This document shows positions 60,373-64,000 of a DNA stretch of 64,000 nucleotides, piece by piece. The stretch comes from Chthoniobacteraceae bacterium (GTDB lineage: Bacteria > Verrucomicrobiota > Verrucomicrobiia > Chthoniobacterales > Chthoniobacteraceae). Made by a program: the position numbers and the translations under genes. Location: NCBI GenBank assembly GCA_031409655.1, contig JANNXQ010000170.1, positions 24,499 through 88,498 on the forward strand, given 5' to 3'. The notes beneath the pieces are model-generated. The model was not told the origin of the DNA and did no database searches. It saw only the letters and a list, made by a program, of their open reading frames with translations. Each line of letters begins with the position of its first letter. Positions within the stretch are counted from its first letter, which is position 1.

Positions 60373-61614
60373 TTACGCGACCGGCAGAGATTTTCCGACC
60401 GTCGCCATGCTTTCACTCTGGCGCTGCTGGACGAAGTCGCGCGCTTTCATGGCCTTTGCTTTCGCGGTGGCGGGATCTTTCGCCAGTGCGAGCACGGCAG
60501 GGACGATGCCGGGGATTTCGGCTTCGTTGTCCATATCGAAGAGCCATTCGCCGAGCCCAATGTCGCGCCACATCAGGCCCTTGCTAGTCTGCTCTTGCCA
60601 GCGGCAGACGATCGCGGGGATGCCATTGCCGATGCACATGATGGGGCTGTGCATCTCCGCGCCGAAAAGGCCGGCGCTGCGCACGTAGGTGCTGAGGGCT
60701 TCGTCGGTGAGCCAGTAATTTGGCCGCCAGACGACCTTCGACTTCGCGTCGTCGGGCAGTTTGTCCACGAGCATTTCCTTGCCGATTTCCATCTGGCTGG
60801 AGTCCTCGGGGCAGACGAGCACCTTCATCCCGGTCTGCCGGACCACGGCGACGATGGCCTCGCGCAGCGGCCCGAGATCGTGCTCTTTCATCGCCTCGTT
60901 GCGGGCGTGCTTTCTTTCGTCGAAGGCCACGCCGGGCTTCATCTTCCAGTAAGGCGTGTTGCGGAAGCGCGGGATGCAGCAGAGGAATTTTCCGGGCTCA
61001 AGCTGATTGGATTTTAGGAACGTGTCCGCGGCGGCGTCATTGCGCAGATCCACGGCGAAGGATCCTTCGGGGCAAAACTCCATGATGGGTGAGGAGACGC
61101 CGTGATCCTTGGCGAACTGGAGCGAGACGGAGTCGCGGAAGTAAACAAACCTTGCGCCGCTGAGGAGATCGATCGTCGGCTGGTCTGTGTATGAAGCGGT
61201 GATCCCGTAGATGCCGTAGGGTTTGCCGGTTTCGTCGCGCCACTTGGCGACATCCTTCTGGGCAACCAGGCTTGGTCCGGAGCCGTGCAGCAGGAAGTCG
61301 CACTCCGCGAGTGCGGCCAGGATGTCTTCGCGGGTCTGGATGATTTTCACTTTCGGAAAGCGCTTAGTGAGTATCGCGTCCACGCCATTGGACACGCTGC
61401 TGGGCCAGAGGCGCACCTCCACATCGGGAAGATGCTGCTCGAGCAGGTGCAGGACCCCGGGCGTGTGCGCGATGTCGCCGATATTCACCGTCTGCCAGGA
61501 AGAGCGGAGGACGATGCGCCGCGGGCGCGTGGCGGCGTGGGTGAGACGGGGAGCGAGGCTGGCGGCGAGGGCGGTGGTGAGGAAGGTGCGGCGGGAGAGG
61601 TGCGGTGAGGACAT
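60373..61614 (-). CDS. polysaccharide pyruvyl transferase-fold protein with Tat signal peptide
   Basis: ORF trimmed to ATG 61614 (MSSPHLSRRTFLTTALAASLAPRLTHAA). VNIGDIAHTPG, LLHGSGPSLV, GKPYGIYGIT, VYFRDSVS and EGSFAVDL match the PS_pyruv_trans layout. Confidence 0.6.
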   Translation of the reverse strand: MSSPHLSRRTFLTTALAASLAPRLTHAATRPRRIVLRSSWQTVNIGDIAHTPGVLHLLEQHLPDVEVRLWPSSVSNGVDAILTKRFPKVKIIQTREDILAALAECDFLLHGSGPSLVAQKDVAKWRDETGKPYGIYGITASYTDQPTIDLLSGARFVYFRDSVSLQFAKDHGVSSPIMEFCPEGSFAVDLRNDAAADTFLKSNQLEPGKFLCCIPRFRNTPYWKMKPGVAFDERKHARNEAMKEHDLGPLREAIVAVVRQTGMKVLVCPEDSSQMEIGKEMLVDKLPDDAKSKVVWRPNYWLTDEALSTYVRSAGLFGAEMHSPIMCIGNGIPAIVCRWQEQTSKGLMWRDIGLGEWLFDMDNEAEIPGIVPAVLALAKDPATAKAKAMKARDFVQQRQSESMATVGKSLPVA

Positions 61615-61645
61615 GGGAAAGGTTGGGAATCTGGGCGGGATCGGC

Positions 61646-61680
61646 GGCGCAGGAGAAACGCTAAACTTCAAACGCCAAAC
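61646..61680. repeat. five tandem AAACGNN-type heptamers
   Basis: aaacgct aaacttc aaacgcc aaacgct aaacggg. A partial complement TTTGGCGTTTT lies at 61704-61714. It is in the divergent spacer between the pyruvyl-transferase-like gene and hisG. Confidence 0.7.
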
Positions 61681-61835
61681 GCTAAACGGGAGGACACGCG
61701 CCAGGGCGGGAACTTTGGCGTTTTCTTCGCCGCGCCGCCCTTTAGACTTCAGAACAGATATCCGACTCCACACGCCCCGCTATTTTCCTCGCTCCGCCGG
61801 GAAAGCGCCGCATAGCCTCGCGGTCCGTTTTTGCC

Positions 61836-62720
61836 ATGGAATCACCTAACCCTGTGCTCCGCGTCGGTCTGCCTTCGGGCAGCTTGCAGGAGCCGACTTT
61901 CGCCCTTTTCGCCAAGGCCGGCTTCCACATTTCCGGCGCCAGTCGCTCGTACAAGCCGCAGGTGGACGACTCGGAAATCGTGATCCGCCTGCTGCGTGCG
62001 CAGGAGATTTCCCGCTACGTCGAACACGGCTTTCTGGATTGCGGGCTTACCGGCGCGGATTGGATCGCGAACAACAGCTCCGACGTGGAGGTGCTCGCGG
62101 AGATGACCTTTTCCAAAGTGAGTAGCAAGCCGACGCGCTGGGTCATTGCCGTGCCGGAGGATTCAGACATTCGGACCGTGAAGGATCTGCAAGGCAAAGT
62201 AATTGCCACGGAAGCCGTGGAACTTACGCGCAATTTCCTGGCGAAACATGGCGTCACGGCCGAGGTGGAATTCTCGTGGGGGGCGACCGAGGTGAAGGTG
62301 CCGGATCTCGTGGATGCGATCGCCGATGTGACGGAAACAGGCTCGTCGCTGCGGGCGAATAATCTGCGCATCCTGGAGACGATGATGGAGTCCTCCCCGC
62401 AGTTCATCGCGAACCATCGGGCAATGGAAGACGCTTGGAAAAAGGCGAAGATCGAAATGGTGGTGCTGCTGCTCAAAGGCGCCTTTGCCGCGCGCAACAA
62501 GGTGGGGCTGAAAATGAATCTGCCCGAGGACAAGCTCGCCGCCTTGCTCACGGCGCTCCCCGCCTTGCGCAATCCGACGATCTCGAAGCTCGCCTTCGAT
62601 GGCTGGATCGCCGTCGAGACGATCACGGACGAAAGCGTCGTCCGCGAAATCATCCCGAAGCTCAAAGTGCTCGGCGCCGAGGGCATCATCGAGTATCCGC
62701 TGAACAAGGTGGTGTACTAA
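61836..62720 (+). CDS. hisG: ATP phosphoribosyltransferase, long form
   Basis: LRVGLPSGSLQEPTFALFAKAG, RAQEISRYVEHGFLDCGLTGADW and DAIADVTETGSSLRAN, plus a C-terminal regulatory domain. 294 aa. Confidence 0.9.
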   Translation: MESPNPVLRVGLPSGSLQEPTFALFAKAGFHISGASRSYKPQVDDSEIVIRLLRAQEISRYVEHGFLDCGLTGADWIANNSSDVEVLAEMTFSKVSSKPTRWVIAVPEDSDIRTVKDLQGKVIATEAVELTRNFLAKHGVTAEVEFSWGATEVKVPDLVDAIADVTETGSSLRANNLRILETMMESSPQFIANHRAMEDAWKKAKIEMVVLLLKGAFAARNKVGLKMNLPEDKLAALLTALPALRNPTISKLAFDGWIAVETITDESVVREIIPKLKVLGAEGIIEYPLNKVVY

Positions 62721-62738
62721 GCGACCGAGGCGTCGGTG

Positions 62739-63449
62739 TCAGCCCATAGGCGTGAGGCGCACGGCCATCGAGGTGGCGAAGGCGCGGAAGCCGAGGCGTT
62801 CGGCGATGCACATCGAGGCGTGATTTGCGGCGAGCGTTCGATATTGCGGGAGCAACCCGGCAGCGAGCGCGCGGGCGGTGAGATGGGCGACCGCACTTTG
62901 CCCAAAGTCGCGGCCGCGAAAGGACGGATGGGTGACGATAGAAATGTGCGCGATAGTTCCACCCCAGACTTCGTAACCCGCCAAAGCGACAAGCTGGCCG
63001 CCCGAGAATACCCCGGAGCACGGATGGGCGATGTCGCTGCCACCGTGCTCCCATTCGTTGACGTCGCAGGCGCCCCGCAAAGCTTCGAGTGCGGGCGCGT
63101 CGGCGGCGTCGAGCGCACGCGTCGGCTGCAAGGCAGGTGCAACTTTTTCGGCGTAGCCGATGAAGGCTGGGCCGATGACCTTTGCGGCCACGGAACCCAG
63201 GGCGTTGGCAAATGAAGCGGGCGTGACCGGTCGCTGACGGAGGAGGTGCGAAAGGGTCTCCATGCGTTCCGGTGGGAGTGACGCAATCGCGTTTCCTTCC
63301 CGAAAGAGGCTGAAGGCTCCGGCGTAGCCTGCGAGTTCGCCACCATGTGGGACGATCCGCAGCGGTGCGGAAAAGAGGTCTCCCGGTTCGCAGCCCAGAT
63401 GTTCCGCCCAGTAGCGGAGCGCGATGGCCGCGGCGCGTTTGCTCAGCAT
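62739..63449 (-). CDS. GNAT-family N-acetyltransferase
   Basis: The C-terminal half IAHISIVTHPSFRGRDFGQSAVAHLTARALAAGLLPQYRTLAANHASMCIAERLGF matches the GNAT motif A/B region. Confidence 0.75.
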   Translation of the reverse strand: MLSKRAAAIALRYWAEHLGCEPGDLFSAPLRIVPHGGELAGYAGAFSLFREGNAIASLPPERMETLSHLLRQRPVTPASFANALGSVAAKVIGPAFIGYAEKVAPALQPTRALDAADAPALEALRGACDVNEWEHGGSDIAHPCSGVFSGGQLVALAGYEVWGGTIAHISIVTHPSFRGRDFGQSAVAHLTARALAAGLLPQYRTLAANHASMCIAERLGFRAFATSMAVRLTPMG

Positions 63450-63606
63450 GATTCGCGATTGCTACTGGCACGCGAGCGGGGCGGCAATCGCGATTCGCCA
63501 GGAGCCTCCGGCGCGCTCAATCGTGAAATGGCCAAAATTGTCGTTGCCCCCCCGGGGGAATAGTGATTCCCTCCCCGCCCCTAACCGAACATTTACCACC
63601 ACCTCA

Positions 63607-63711
63607 ATGGGTTCACTCAAAAAGCGCCGGAAGGCGAAAATCGCCAAACACAAACGCAGGAAGCGGATGAAGGAGAACCGCCACAAGAAGCGTTTGCGCT
63701 ACAAGAGCTAG
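63607..63711 (+). CDS. 34-aa highly basic protein, bS22 / AURKAIP1-COX24-like
   Basis: Internal ATG of ORF 63424..63711 gives MGSLKKRRKAKIAKHKRRKRMKENRHKKRLRYKS. Compare the actinobacterial bS22 pattern MGSVIKKRRKRM.KKKHRKLL... Confidence 0.55.
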   Translation: MGSLKKRRKAKIAKHKRRKRMKENRHKKRLRYKS

Positions 63712-63727
63712 CCGCTAAAATGCGGCC

Positions 63728-64000
63728 ATGAAAATGTCCCGTTCGGCAAGACCTTCATGGTGGCCGCGGGCGCTTTTCTTCGCGGTGCTCACCGCGGTCT
63801 TCGTTCCGGCTTACGGCGCTCCGCCGACGGGAACACCTGCGCGGATTCGCGAACCCAAACCGGCGGCTAAACCCGCTGCTGAGTCTGCCTCCAAGCCCGC
63901 CAAAGGCGCGCGCGCGACAGTCCCCGAGGTGCGACGCAAGGACGCCGAGCCGAAAATTTCCACCAAGCCGGTGACTGGCGTACCCCCTGTGGCGGGCGGC
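63728..64000 (+). CDS. secreted protein, N-terminal fragment (runs off the right edge)
   Basis: The frame from ATG 63728 is open to the window end: MKMSRSARPSWWPRALFFAVLTAVFVPAYGAPP... (signal-peptide-like), then a Pro/Ala/Lys-rich stretch. Not in the ORF track because it is truncated. Confidence 0.45.
   Translation, partial: MKMSRSARPSWWPRALFFAVLTAVFVPAYGAPPTGTPARIREPKPAAKPAAESASKPAKGARATVPEVRRKDAEPKISTKPVTGVPPVAGG

Noticed and set aside
57688-61714. Possible CRISPR array or tRNA among the repeat-rich spacers
   Set aside because: The repeats have 7-nt periodicity with no 25-40-nt repeat/spacer alternation. I could find no cloverleaf-capable sequence in any intergenic region, and there are no cas genes in the window.

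Overview
High-GC bacterial chromosomal window. The gene content (DUF1800/DUF1501 pairs, giant PA14/Calx-beta/CHRD proteins, a GspG-like anchored protein, several Tat signals) suggests the PVC superphylum, probably Verrucomicrobiota; this is inference only. There are three blocks. (i) 1-33,633 is one uninterrupted minus-strand glycan-assembly locus of 33 ORFs: 11 GT4, 3 GT2 plus 2 degraded GT2, a GT-A-like protein, GT9-like, exostosin-like, TuaH-like and GT-C transferases, an O-antigen-ligase-family protein, 5 methyltransferases, 2 acyl/acetyltransferases, a HAD-UbiA fusion and Wzm/Wzt. A GbsR/MarR-type regulator heads it, and 11 gene junctions are 4-nt start/stop overlaps. (ii) 33,994-51,670 (plus strand) is a tandem duplication of a two-gene module. 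Each copy has a giant Sec-secreted protein (2316 and 2471 aa: Ca-binding motifs, Calx-beta, 3 PA14-like domains, Ig-like, CHRD, C-terminal DUF1800), followed 5 nt later by a Tat-exported DUF1501 (alkaline-phosphatase-superfamily) protein. The PA14 and DUF1800 domains are interrupted by nested ~60-70-aa modules. This is the best candidate for an undescribed system. (iii) 51.8-64 kb is mostly housekeeping: ALDH, an Aas-like acyltransferase/acyl-ACP synthetase, an MFS transporter, mutS, a Tat-signal pyruvyl-transferase-fold protein, hisG, a GNAT and a 34-aa bS22-like protein. It also holds three unusual repeat structures, including a perfect 26-bp nested palindrome in frame inside mutS. I recognised no rRNA, tRNA, CRISPR array, transposase or integrase. 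All family calls were made by eye from translated ORFs; no HMM or BLAST search could be run. The ORF track uses alternative start codons, so many starts were trimmed by hand and remain uncertain.
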